From Deltaproteobacteria bacterium (lineage in GTDB: Bacteria > Desulfobacterota > DSM-4660 > Desulfatiglandales > Desulfatiglandaceae): a stretch of DNA of 42,158 nt. The stretch spans positions 1 through 42,158 of the forward strand of contig QMLQ01000001.1 of the NCBI GenBank assembly GCA_003646815.1, written 5' to 3'. Under the pieces are notes generated by a model. It saw nothing but the letters and a program-made list of their open reading frames with translations, searched no databases and was not told the DNA's origin. Of the stretch, positions 9,583 through 18,674 are shown piece after piece (positions within the stretch are counted from its first letter, which is position 1; each line of letters opens with the position of its first letter). Made by a program: the position numbers and the translations under genes.

Positions 9583-10497
9583 TTAATTTTGTGAGTCCCC
9601 GGTCATTGTTTCCTGCGGTGCAGGGTCCAGATGCACAATCACCCGGTCCAGGTCAGTAATTTCTTCTGCGAGGCAGGTCTCCACCGCCTTTGCGATCCGG
9701 TGACCCTCGAAAACCGAGAGCCGACCGTCCACGACAATATGGGTCTCCATCTGATACCGGCCACCCGATGTCCTGACCCGAAGATCATGCATGTCCAGGA
9801 CTCCCGGTACCTCCCTGGCACAGGTCCTGATCGTTTCCACGATTTCCGATGGAGGGGCCGTGTCTGTAAATTCACGGAGGCTGTCCCTGAGGGTGTCGAG
9901 GCCCACCTTTACGATAAAAAATGAGACCAGCAAGGCGGCATATGAGTCCAGGGCATGCCACGACGGATGAATAAGTGCGCCGCTCACCCCCAGCACAACA
10001 GCAACCGATGACAGGGAATCCGATCGGTGATGCCATGCATTGGCTACAAGGAGCTTGCTCTTGATCCGCCGGCCGGCACGCAATGTATAATGGTAAAGGC
10101 CTTCCTTTAAAACGATCGAAAAAAGGGCCGCAATCAAGGCCAGCTTCGTGGGATGGGATCCTGTATGCCTGTAAATGCTGAGTGAAGCTCCTATTCCGAT
10201 GTACAAGGCCGTGACAATCAGGGCCACCCCCACAAAGGAAGAAGCCAGGGTTTCGATCCGAGCGTGGCCGAAATGGTGTCGCTCATCAGGGGCCTTCCGG
10301 CCCATCCAGAGCCCAACAATAACAATGACATCCGTAAAGAGATCGGAAACAGAATGGACCGCATCCGCGATAAGCGCCTGACTGTGTCCCAATATCCCCG
10401 CACCAAACTTCAGTACGATCAGAGCCACATTGACCAAAGCCCCGGCAATGGTAACGGTTCTCCCTTCCTTGGCTGAGGGTGACCTCAAATTATGCAT
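9583..10497 (-). CDS. Cation diffusion facilitator (CDF) family metal efflux transporter
   Basis: The 304-aa ORF has six hydrophobic segments, HSQALIADAVHSVSDL and HHRSDSLSS motifs, and a C-terminal cytoplasmic domain, all typical of CDF/FieF/CzcD. Confidence 0.9.
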   Translation of the reverse strand: MHNLRSPSAKEGRTVTIAGALVNVALIVLKFGAGILGHSQALIADAVHSVSDLFTDVIVIVGLWMGRKAPDERHHFGHARIETLASSFVGVALIVTALYIGIGASLSIYRHTGSHPTKLALIAALFSIVLKEGLYHYTLRAGRRIKSKLLVANAWHHRSDSLSSVAVVLGVSGALIHPSWHALDSYAALLVSFFIVKVGLDTLRDSLREFTDTAPPSEIVETIRTCAREVPGVLDMHDLRVRTSGGRYQMETHIVVDGRLSVFEGHRIAKAVETCLAEEITDLDRVIVHLDPAPQETMTGDSQN

Positions 10498-10547
10498 GGA
10501 TTTTCACCAAGTGCTGATGTCTGCGCCTCTTAAGAATAGAACGTTAC

Positions 10548-10580
10548 GCATATCATATGCTCACATCGACGTGAACGCAA
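10548..10580 (-). promoter_or_regulatory. Candidate sigma70 promoter for the CDF gene, with a 13-nt palindrome over the -10 box
   Basis: On the minus strand the region reads TTGCGT, a 17-nt spacer, then TATGAT. The perfect palindrome GCATATCATATGC (10548-10560) covers the -10 hexamer, about 50 nt upstream of the start codon. Confidence 0.35.
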
Positions 10581-10704
10581 AATTTTCGATGGGTTCGTTT
10601 TTCGAGAGTTGCACCTCCCGTTACCTATGGTGTGCCTGTCATTTCAAAAGAGGGCAAGGATAATGCGTTAGTGCAAAAAGTCAACAACGTCCCCCCGTTA
10701 GGTA

Positions 10705-10732
10705 TTGCAATCCGGGAGATGGATGTTATAAT
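10705..10732 (+). promoter_or_regulatory. Candidate sigma70 promoter for the downstream EamA transporter
   Basis: The region reads TTGCAA, a 16-nt spacer, then TATAAT, about 100 nt upstream of the 10835 start. A small hairpin (CCGTTTAAAAACGG) lies in the leader. Confidence 0.35.
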
Positions 10733-10834
10733 CGCACAACTGTGCCGCATGGTTATTCAATTCTCCGTTTAAAAACGGTTCGAATTGCAGTCGTGCCCTT
10801 GATTGCTTCTCGTAAGTGGAAATAGAATACTTCA

Positions 10835-11764
10835 ATGGAAATGAAAGAAAAATCCCTCAAGGGATATGGCCTCATCTTATTGGCCAATATTTGCTTTTCA
10901 ATCGTCTATCTGGTCATTAAGGATGTCAAACCTAGGATGCAGTTTGAACAGTTCCTGTTCTACTGGTTTCTGTGCGGGAGTGTCTACTATCTCGCACCGA
11001 TGGTAAAGGCTGATGAAATTAGAATGCTGAAAATACCTCGACACTTGATTCCTGTGACCATCGTGATGGGAGTGTTTGAGGTCACCGGAACGCTCCTCTT
11101 TTTCTACGTGATTCGGCTGATGAATCCCGCGGTGGTCTCTTTTTACACCAATGTTTCTATCGTTATGACCATCACCATGGGAATCCTTTTTTTGAAAGAG
11201 CGCTTTGCCGGTTTAGAGGCTTTGGGCGGTATTATCCTTGGGATAGGAATTATCTTGATGACCTACAAGGCAGGGGAAACAGTCTTCTTGGGTTTTCTGC
11301 TTATTATGCTTTTGTCCCTCCTCTTTTCTATCAATACCATCCTCATGAAAGTTACCCTGAAAGATATTCACCCCATAGCCTTTTCCACCTATCGGACCTT
11401 TTTATTGTTTGCCGTCGCTACAACTGTTTTTCTTTTTCGGGCCGATAAAGCCCTTCCAGAGCTCCCTGATCTTCTGGAAATCGCACTCGGCGCGTTCCTT
11501 GGCCCGTTTGCCGGCGTATTCTTGCAAGTGTCAGGGTTGCAGTACCTTGAGGCTTCCAAGGCGTCTTTGGTGGGGGCGACCAAGCCATTGATGGTTCTCA
11601 TTGGATGTATTGTGTGGCTGGGCCAAATCCCGGGACTCACTCAATCCATAGGTGGAGGCGTTGCCCTAGCAGGTATTGAACTTATGCTTTGGGGAAAATT
11701 CAAGCTCGAGAAAAGGAAAAGCCATGCAAGTGAAGCTCTTCCCGAAGAGCGGAAGGCATCATGA
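10835..11764 (+). CDS. EamA/DMT-family transporter
   Basis: The 309-aa ORF has about 10 hydrophobic helices arranged as two EamA-like halves. Confidence 0.8.
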   Translation: MEMKEKSLKGYGLILLANICFSIVYLVIKDVKPRMQFEQFLFYWFLCGSVYYLAPMVKADEIRMLKIPRHLIPVTIVMGVFEVTGTLLFFYVIRLMNPAVVSFYTNVSIVMTITMGILFLKERFAGLEALGGIILGIGIILMTYKAGETVFLGFLLIMLLSLLFSINTILMKVTLKDIHPIAFSTYRTFLLFAVATTVFLFRADKALPELPDLLEIALGAFLGPFAGVFLQVSGLQYLEASKASLVGATKPLMVLIGCIVWLGQIPGLTQSIGGGVALAGIELMLWGKFKLEKRKSHASEALPEERKAS

Positions 11765-11787
11765 AGCCCCGGTAGGACCTATCCGCG

Positions 11788-11813
11788 TCCTCCACCAGAG
11801 GAGGAGGGTTTTG
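11788..11813. terminator. Possible bidirectional terminator hairpin between convergent genes
   Basis: It has a TCCTCC-ACCAGA-GGAGGA stem-loop followed by GGGTTTTG. It sits between the EamA stop (11764) and the purH-like stop (11820). Confidence 0.3.
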
Positions 11814-11819
11814 TCAAAA

Positions 11820-13115
11820 CTAATGCTTGAAGGCACGCTGGCCCGTGAAGACCATGGTGACCTGGGGATCAGCCTCGTTGCAGGCCTGGATGGATTCAAA
11901 ATCCCTCAAAGATCCACCGGGCTGGACAATGGCCCGGATCCCTTCCCGGATGGCCACATCAACGCCGTCTCGAAAGGGAAAAAAGGCATCGGAGACCATT
12001 GTTGCTCCTATGAGACCGCCCTTGGCTTTCTTTGTCTTCTCATCAATTTCGTCAAGGAGCTCGCGGTCTTTCTCACTTTTTTCAACCTGCAATTCCAGTT
12101 CCTTATAAGGAATACCGTGCGTCTTGAAACAGAGGGCATCAGCATACTTGGTGTATGCCTTGAAGATGGCGATCTCGGCCACCCCCACCCGGTCCTGCTC
12201 GCCGGTACCGATCCCCACGGTCACGCCGTCCTTTACATAGATGACAGAATTTGAGGTCACACCCTGCTCCACCTGCCACCCGAAGAGCATATCGGCGTAA
12301 TCCTGTTCCGTGGGGGCCCTATCTATGGTGTAGGTGATTCCCTGGTATTCGCAGGTGGCCGGCATGAAATCGTCAGCAGATCTTATGGCATTGAGCGGTG
12401 ACTGCTGGACGATGATGCCGCCGTCCATTAATGATTTGAAATCCACAAAGCGCATGGTGTCATAGTCAGAAAGACGATCCATGCGTGCAATGCGAATAAT
12501 GCGCAGGTTCGCCCTCTGGGCCAGTTTCTGGACGGTCCCCTCTTCGAAATCCGGGGCCGCTACCACCTCCAGGTAATTATGAGTGATCATTTCCGCCGTG
12601 GGGCCATCCACGGGGCGGTTGAAAAGGGCGCATCCACCGAATGCAGCGATGCGGTCTGCCATGTTGGCCTTGTGGTACGCATCGGCCAGGGTGGACCCAT
12701 AGGCCACGCCGCAGGGGTTATTGTGCTTCACGATAACAGAGGCAGGCCCCGCCCGGAGATACTTCATGATGTTGAGGGCGTTGTCCACATCCGTCAGGTT
12801 GATCTTGCCGGGGTGTTTCCCGCTCCGGATCATGTCCTCTTCGGTAATGGCCGACACAAGGCCCATACCCGGGTCGATAAAACGGCAATCACCCAATATG
12901 AGATTCCCGTTGACCAGTTCATAGAGGGCCGCTTCCTGACCGGGGTTCTCCCCGTACCGGAGCCCCTTTTCGATGGTGTCACCGGTCTTTTCATCCTTGA
13001 TCTTCCAGGTCCGCTTTCGATAAAGCAGAACCTGGTCACCGAAATGGATGCTCATCTCAGGAGGAAAATGGTCATCCATCATGGTTCGATAGGCTTTCTT
13101 GAGATCTTCAGTCAT
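11820..13115 (-). CDS. purH: AICAR formyltransferase-domain protein (PurH-like, lacking the IMP cyclohydrolase/MGS domain)
   Basis: It has LRYGENPGQEAALY, VKHNNPCGVA, GGIIVQQ, GIGTGEQDRV and VSDAFFPFRDG motifs of the AICARFT domain. The start is set at MTEDL (13115), which has GGAGA upstream. A unique N-terminal segment of about 70 aa replaces the cyclohydrolase domain. Confidence 0.8.
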   Translation of the reverse strand: MTEDLKKAYRTMMDDHFPPEMSIHFGDQVLLYRKRTWKIKDEKTGDTIEKGLRYGENPGQEAALYELVNGNLILGDCRFIDPGMGLVSAITEEDMIRSGKHPGKINLTDVDNALNIMKYLRAGPASVIVKHNNPCGVAYGSTLADAYHKANMADRIAAFGGCALFNRPVDGPTAEMITHNYLEVVAAPDFEEGTVQKLAQRANLRIIRIARMDRLSDYDTMRFVDFKSLMDGGIIVQQSPLNAIRSADDFMPATCEYQGITYTIDRAPTEQDYADMLFGWQVEQGVTSNSVIYVKDGVTVGIGTGEQDRVGVAEIAIFKAYTKYADALCFKTHGIPYKELELQVEKSEKDRELLDEIDEKTKKAKGGLIGATMVSDAFFPFRDGVDVAIREGIRAIVQPGGSLRDFESIQACNEADPQVTMVFTGQRAFKH

Positions 13116-13256
13116 GGGGATTCTCCGTTCTTTGCTTGTTGCATGTGGGGTGTTGTTTGTTGTTTCATATGGTTTTCTACAGCTTTTCTTGGACCGGCCC
13201 AACGGGTTACCGGTTCTCCCGGCCAACCGGCTAACGGGCGAACCAGTTAACCTGGA

Positions 13257-14027
13257 TTATTCCTTGTGCTTCTCAACATAGGCATAGGCGCTGTGGTTAT
13301 GGATCGACTCGAAATTTTCCGATTCCACGGCAAACCAGGTGATATTTTCATCATTGTTCAGCTTGAGGGCGATATCCCGGACGATATCTTCCACAAATTT
13401 CGGGTTTTCGTAAGCCTTCTCGGTGACAAATTTTTCGTCTTCCCGCTTGAGCACGGAGAATACGTCCGTTGAAGCCGAATTCTCCACCAGCTTGATCAGG
13501 TCCTCTATCCACACGAACTTGTTGAATCGCACCTGGAGACGCACTTCGCCGCGCTGGTTGTGGGCGCCATACTCGCTGATTTCCTTGGAGCAGGGGCACA
13601 GGGTGGAGATGGGAACCCGGATAATAACAACCAGATCCTTTCCATGGTTCAGGGAGCCTTTGAAGGTGCACTGGTATTCCATGAGCCCTTCTGCACCGCT
13701 TACCGGCGCCACCTTCTTGATGAAATAGGGAAACGTGATCTCCATGTGAGCACTCTCGGCGTTGAGCCGATTCTTCACCTCTTCCAGGATCTCTGAAAAA
13801 TTCTGGAGCGAAATGCGCCGGCTGTGCTCATTCAGGACCTCTACAAAGCGGCTCATGTGGGTCCCTTTGTAGTAACGGGGCAGGTTGACGTACATATTGA
13901 TTTTGGCAACGGTCTGCTGTTCGCCTAGGTCTCTGTCCCGCACCGTGATGGGGTACCTGATTCCCTTCACGCCCACCTGGTCAATATCTATGTTTCTGTT
14001 ATCTTTATGATTTTGTATGTCTTCCAT
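13257..14027 (-). CDS. folE2: GTP cyclohydrolase I type 2 (FolE2/MptA family)
   Basis: It has VGVKGIRYPI, KGTHMSRF, STLCPCSKEIS and GAHNQRG motifs. The start is set at MEDIQ (14027). Confidence 0.85.
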   Translation of the reverse strand: MEDIQNHKDNRNIDIDQVGVKGIRYPITVRDRDLGEQQTVAKINMYVNLPRYYKGTHMSRFVEVLNEHSRRISLQNFSEILEEVKNRLNAESAHMEITFPYFIKKVAPVSGAEGLMEYQCTFKGSLNHGKDLVVIIRVPISTLCPCSKEISEYGAHNQRGEVRLQVRFNKFVWIEDLIKLVENSASTDVFSVLKREDEKFVTEKAYENPKFVEDIVRDIALKLNNDENITWFAVESENFESIHNHSAYAYVEKHKE

Positions 14028-14203
14028 AATGGGGCCTCTAATATATTTATGACAGTTCCCCCTATCGTATTTGGTTTGCAAAGTCAACACAAACCGTATC
14101 CGGGGGACAGGAAGATTAAACATCGTTGAAAGAGGGGCGAAAACAAAAAAATCTGCTTGATTTTACTCCGGGAAATGGCATAGATATAAAAATGAAGCAT
14201 TTA

Positions 14204-14280
<77 letters not shown>

Positions 14281-14439
14281 CATTACAGTTGTTATTTCAA
14301 TCAGTTCATCCTTCAGGAAGAGTCAGAAATGCGTATCAGGCCAGTTTTCATGAAGGAGAAATAAAAGGGCATAGAGACGAGGCTCGCTAAGTTCGTGAAC
14401 CATCCCTGGGACAGCATGTAGACAGATGACGTTCAATCT

Positions 14440-14700
14440 ATCCCAAGGGGCAAAAGTGCCTTCTTTAGTCCTCACCCTGACACGTGCAAAGCCGTTGTGG
14501 AGGATGCCACAATCAGGATAACGGTGACCTGTCTCACCTATGGCCGGCAGAACCCATCTTTCTTTGCAAAACGCTCGTCATAAACCTGTTCCAGCGTTTC
14601 AAAAATTTTCTTAGCACACCGGTAATATGGTGATCCCTGATGTTTGTGAGGGTGATAGCAGGAGATGTACCGGGCGTGAGAGATGGGTGGATTCGTTTGA
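14440..14700 (-). pseudogene. N-terminal relic of an IS91-family (Zn_Tnp_IS91-type) transposase, frameshifted and truncated
   Basis: One minus-strand frame gives SPYYRCAKKIFETLEQVYDERFAKKDGF.RP. After a frame change it gives RYPDCGILHNGFARVRVR. From memory, this matches the conserved N-terminus of these transposases (YY.C.E.HFE.F..VY.ERF....GF.RP ... RYLDCG.L.NGFARV.C.DCG). The zinc-binding Cys residues and the catalytic domain are absent. Boundaries are approximate. Confidence 0.5.
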
Positions 14701-15052
14701 GGATTGGACAAAAGGGAAAGAGGAGACGGATGACTACCGGATTCCCATAGCAAGACTCCTTCAAGAACAACATGAGGAGGCCCGCCTTTTGCCGGGCTCG
14801 GTGCGCACTGATGAAATCGTTTTTAATATCTCGGGCCTGGGGAAAAACTATCTACGTGCCAGGCAACATCACGACGTCATTTCCATACTGCCCGACGGCC
14901 GGAGGGTATATGAATTCCATCCCTGGAAGAAAAAACTTTTTCTTGCCAATACCTATGTATATACGGATGTCTCGATTCATACCTATCTCAAGCGACTGAA
15001 GGCCGCAGGCCAGGATCCCAGAGACTACAAAACCATCTGGTATTATTATTGA
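14627..15052 (+). CDS. Hypothetical orphan ORF (doubtful)
   Basis: The 141-aa ORF matches no family I recognise and has no convincing RBS. Its 5' end overlaps the transposase relic in antisense, and the region is locally AT-richer. Confidence 0.2.
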   Translation: MVIPDVCEGDSRRCTGRERWVDSFEDWTKGKEETDDYRIPIARLLQEQHEEARLLPGSVRTDEIVFNISGLGKNYLRARQHHDVISILPDGRRVYEFHPWKKKLFLANTYVYTDVSIHTYLKRLKAAGQDPRDYKTIWYYY

Positions 15053-15263
15053 TGCCCTCGTGTGAATCGTGATGGCCCTCCATATGAAATAACATGAATA
15101 ACCAGGTGATATCGTCTTTTTTTCAGACCGGCGGAGAATGCCCGAACGTCGCGCCGCGTTTGCATAAGATCAATTCCGTCAGGACAATCAGGAAGGTCTC
15201 TGGAAACCCTTACCAAACCTCGTCTCTACCTTTTCATGCCATTATGGCCGGATCTTGTTGCCA

Positions 15264-15292
15264 TTGACACACCTTTATCATACGGATAAGAT
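15264..15292 (+). promoter_or_regulatory. Candidate sigma70 promoter for the two-component operon
   Basis: The region reads TTGACA, a 17-nt spacer, then TAAGAT, about 90 nt upstream of the response-regulator start. Confidence 0.3.
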
Positions 15293-15384
15293 ACCGGTGT
15301 CTGAAATAATGTTGTGCTGGAGGTGCAGGTCCCTGATCCCTGGGAGTTGATATCTCAAAACTACAGACCGGCAGACCAGGTCCA

Positions 15385-16083
15385 ATGGAAAGCGCCACAA
15401 GATACAGGCTACTGGTAGTAGAGGACGAACCCACCATAACCGAATTCCTGAGCACGGGCCTCGGGTACGAAGGGTATGACGTGGAGGTAGCCACTGAGGG
15501 TCAGACCGGGCTCGATCTGATGAAAAAACAGGAGTTTGACATCGTCCTCCTGGACATAATGCTGCCTGACATAGACGGGTTCGAGGTATGCCGCAGGCTC
15601 CGTGCAAGGGGGTACACGGTCCCTATCCTCATGCTCACGGCAAAGAAGGAAATCACGGACCGGGTCACCGGCCTTGACCTGGGTGCGGACGACTATATGA
15701 CCAAGCCCTTCAGCTTTGTGGAACTCCTTGCCAGGATACGGGCACTGTTGCGTCGGACCAAGGGTAAAAAAAAGACCACGAGACTCAAAGCCTCGGATAT
15801 TGTCCTGGATACGGAAACCAGGGAAGTCACAAGGGCGGGGAATCCCAAGCATCTCACCCCAACCGAATTCGCACTCCTGGAACTCTTCATGGAACATCCC
15901 CACCGTGTGTTTACGCGGGAAACACTGTTGAACCGTATCTGGGGTTATAATTATATAGGGGATACCAACATCGTGGATGTACATGTGAGCCATTTGAGGG
16001 ACAAGATAGGGGACAGGCCGTCCAGGATGATCCGCACCCATTATGCAATAGGCTATGCGTTTTATCCCGAAGGGGAACCATGA
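15385..16083 (+). CDS. OmpR/PhoB-family response regulator (REC plus winged helix)
   Basis: It has LLVVEDEP...DIVLLDIMLPDIDGFEV...LMLTAK...DDYMTKPF, and a C-terminal LTPTEFALLELF...VDVHVSHLRDKI winged-helix domain. Confidence 0.92.
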   Translation: MESATRYRLLVVEDEPTITEFLSTGLGYEGYDVEVATEGQTGLDLMKKQEFDIVLLDIMLPDIDGFEVCRRLRARGYTVPILMLTAKKEITDRVTGLDLGADDYMTKPFSFVELLARIRALLRRTKGKKKTTRLKASDIVLDTETREVTRAGNPKHLTPTEFALLELFMEHPHRVFTRETLLNRIWGYNYIGDTNIVDVHVSHLRDKIGDRPSRMIRTHYAIGYAFYPEGEP

Positions 16084-17540
16084 GATCCTGGATGAAACTC
16101 TCTTTGCGGGCTCGCCTGGTATCATTGTATTTGGGCCTCTTGTTTCTTTCGATCCTTGTCCTGAGCGGATATTCATACCTGGACGTTCGTCGGTTACTCA
16201 TATACAACACGGCAATCAGGCTCAGGGCCCAGGCAAAGCCTGTTATAGAACAATGGCTTTTCCCGGGAAAGTCCGGCGCTTCGCATACCAGGGCCGCTGC
16301 CCACGTTCCCCGGAGAATACCCAAGCTTGCCTCTATTGCCAGGCCCCTGGCATGCGATCTCACATCCCGGGATACGGCTGCCCTGATCCTGGACCGGAAC
16401 GGGAAAAAGCTTGCCAACGGGAAACGGCTCCCTGAGGAACCAAGCCCTCCCCTGCCTGACCCTGCCTATTACAGGAAGGCACTTGCCGGAAAAAACGAGG
16501 TGGATTACATTATGAAAGAGAACGAAAAGCTCCTTCTCGTACTGTTGATTCCACTGAGGGCCGGGGCCGGTAAAAAAGAAATCATGGGGGTGGCCCAGAT
16601 CAGCACTTCCCTGGTTCCCGTGCACAGGATCATGGTACGCCATGGAATAGTGCTGGTGCTTATTGCCGTGATAACACTGCTCGCCGGCGGCATAACCGCA
16701 TTTCTCCTGATTTCTACGGCCCTGAACGGGCTCAGGCAGATGGCCCATACCTGCCGGATGATATCGGAAGGGGACCTGAGCCAGAGGGTCAACCTTCCCC
16801 ACCACCGGGATGAGATAGGCAGTCTGGCCGATGCCTTTGACCACACGGTGGAGCGCATCGAGGCCACGTTCGAGTCCCAGCGGCGGTTCGTGGCCAATGC
16901 CGCCCATGAACTACGCACACCCCTTACAGCACTCAGGGGATCGATGGAGGTCCTGTTGCGGGGGGCACAGGACGACCCTGCAGCGGTCACACGGCTTACC
17001 CAGGGAATGTACCGTGAGGTCTTGAGGTTGTCCAGGCTATGCGAGCAACTCCTCGATCTCACCAGGCTGGATGTCTCTTCCAATATCAACAAGCAGGAGG
17101 TAAACCTCGATGAATTTTTCGAGGGGTTTCTCCAGCAGGCCACGATACTTGGCCGTGACCACCGTGTAACACTGGAAAAAGGCCCTTTTGTGCTTGTCAG
17201 CGCCGACCGGGACATGCTGGAGCAGGTCATGTTCAACCTCCTTCACAATGCTGTTCGGCATTCCAGGAGCGGGGAGACCATTACCCTGGGATGGAGACTT
17301 GTCCCGAACCACGTGAAAATATGGGTAGAAGACCATGGGGAAGGGATCCCTCCCCGTGATCTCCCCCACATATTCGAGCCTTTTTACCGGGGTGTAAGCC
17401 GGGTCTACGGGAATGAACGGGGGACAGGGCTCGGGTTGACCCTTGCAAAGGCCGTGGTGGAGGCACACGGCGGCAGGATCACGGTGGAGAGCCGGCCGGG
17501 GAAAGGGACCATCGTCGCATTCCTGCTCCCCCTGAACTAG
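16080..17540 (+). CDS. Sensor histidine kinase (two TM segments, HAMP, HisKA, HATPase_c)
   Basis: Its ATG overlaps the regulator stop (ATGA). The H-box is FVANAAHELRTPLTAL, and the ATPase domain has HNAVRHS, DHGEGI and GTGLGLTLAK boxes. Confidence 0.9.
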   Translation: MRSWMKLSLRARLVSLYLGLLFLSILVLSGYSYLDVRRLLIYNTAIRLRAQAKPVIEQWLFPGKSGASHTRAAAHVPRRIPKLASIARPLACDLTSRDTAALILDRNGKKLANGKRLPEEPSPPLPDPAYYRKALAGKNEVDYIMKENEKLLLVLLIPLRAGAGKKEIMGVAQISTSLVPVHRIMVRHGIVLVLIAVITLLAGGITAFLLISTALNGLRQMAHTCRMISEGDLSQRVNLPHHRDEIGSLADAFDHTVERIEATFESQRRFVANAAHELRTPLTALRGSMEVLLRGAQDDPAAVTRLTQGMYREVLRLSRLCEQLLDLTRLDVSSNINKQEVNLDEFFEGFLQQATILGRDHRVTLEKGPFVLVSADRDMLEQVMFNLLHNAVRHSRSGETITLGWRLVPNHVKIWVEDHGEGIPPRDLPHIFEPFYRGVSRVYGNERGTGLGLTLAKAVVEAHGGRITVESRPGKGTIVAFLLPLN

Positions 17541-17544
17541 CCCT

Positions 17545-17588
17545 GGTTTCTCACCGATCTTCGTCGCGAGGTGGCGGAGGTGAAGCTT
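17545..17588. repeat. Degenerate copy of repeat module 1
   Basis: GGTTTCTCACC...GTGGCGGAGGTGAAGC resembles CATTTCTCACGG...ATGGCGGAGGTCCGTGAGAAA of copy A. It lies between the convergent kinase and permease stops. Confidence 0.3.
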
Positions 17589-17612
17589 CGAGCGGTTGCT
17601 GAGCAACGTGGA

Positions 17613-18674
17613 TCAGCAGAACGCCAAAACCAGATAGGTCGCGATCCCCAGGAGGAGAATCATATAGCTGTACATGTGAAATTTTATCAGGAACCCGTTT
17701 GCATTATGAAGTTTTGCCCGGTAAAGCCTGTACGAAATGAGGCTCGCCAGTGACCCTATCAGGTTCCCGAACCCGCCCACGCTTACTCCCCAGAGCAATG
17801 CCTTCCAGTTCCGGGTGAAATCGGCAAAGAACAGGGCACTCGGTACATTACTCATCACCTGGCTTCCAAGGACCGGGTACAGGAATGCCTCCATGGGGCC
17901 TTCCAGGTGAAAGCTCACCATGTTCATGAGGTTGTCTGTGAGGCCGAAAAATGCCAGGAAGATGGCCAGGAGAAGCCAGTCGATCAAAAGGCTCTTCCTG
18001 TCCAATACCAGGGAATAGATGATTACCCCAGCCCCTATCCACAAAGGAAGCACCCTGAGGACAGCCAGGACAAAGACCAGGAAAAAGGCCAGGTACCCAT
18101 AAGCCTTCCATCGAATTTCAAGGTCCTCGACACCATTTTCTTTTATAACTGTTCCTGCCTTTTTCCAGCCCAAAAACAGGATACAACACATGGTCACGAG
18201 ACAGAGGGGTGCAATGGCCCTGACAAATTCCCATGGATGCAGGCCATAAAAATAGTACAGGAATATGTTCTGGGGGTTCCCAAAGGGGGTGAGGGGGGAT
18301 GCTGCGTTGGCCGCAAGGGTCTCCAGGATCACCAGCATGCCCCTGTTGTCCACGTCCAGGGCAAGTGTCAGGGGCACGATGGTGAGCAGGGCCACATCGT
18401 TTGTAACAAATATGGAGAGCAGGCCGGTGAGCAGTATCAGCCGCAGGGCCAGCCACCTGCCCTTCCTGAACCTGTAGGCTGCTGCCTGGAGAAAATTGGT
18501 TCCTTCCAGCCCCTTGATGATTACCAGAAAAATAAAGAGGATATAGATGACCTTCAGGTCGGTCCTGCTGTAAACGGGGAAGCGCCTGAGAAATACGGAA
18601 GTGATAACCAGTCCCGCAATACTCAGGACAAGGAGCCACTCCCCCGCTATCTTTTTCGTGACCTTATTGGCCAT
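17613..18674 (-). CDS. ArsB/NhaD/CitMHS-superfamily anion permease
   Basis: The 353-aa polytopic membrane protein has TNDVALLTIVP and PFGNPQN motifs characteristic of this ion-transporter superfamily. Confidence 0.75.
   Translation of the reverse strand: MANKVTKKIAGEWLLVLSIAGLVITSVFLRRFPVYSRTDLKVIYILFIFLVIIKGLEGTNFLQAAAYRFRKGRWLALRLILLTGLLSIFVTNDVALLTIVPLTLALDVDNRGMLVILETLAANAASPLTPFGNPQNIFLYYFYGLHPWEFVRAIAPLCLVTMCCILFLGWKKAGTVIKENGVEDLEIRWKAYGYLAFFLVFVLAVLRVLPLWIGAGVIIYSLVLDRKSLLIDWLLLAIFLAFFGLTDNLMNMVSFHLEGPMEAFLYPVLGSQVMSNVPSALFFADFTRNWKALLWGVSVGGFGNLIGSLASLISYRLYRAKLHNANGFLIKFHMYSYMILLLGIATYLVLAFC

Noticed and set aside
15409-17236. Long minus-strand ORFs (15409-16176, 16194-16907, 16505-17236) lie opposite the two-component genes.
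   Set aside because: They are antisense shadows of clearly identified response-regulator and histidine-kinase genes. Their compositions are biased and they contain no motifs.
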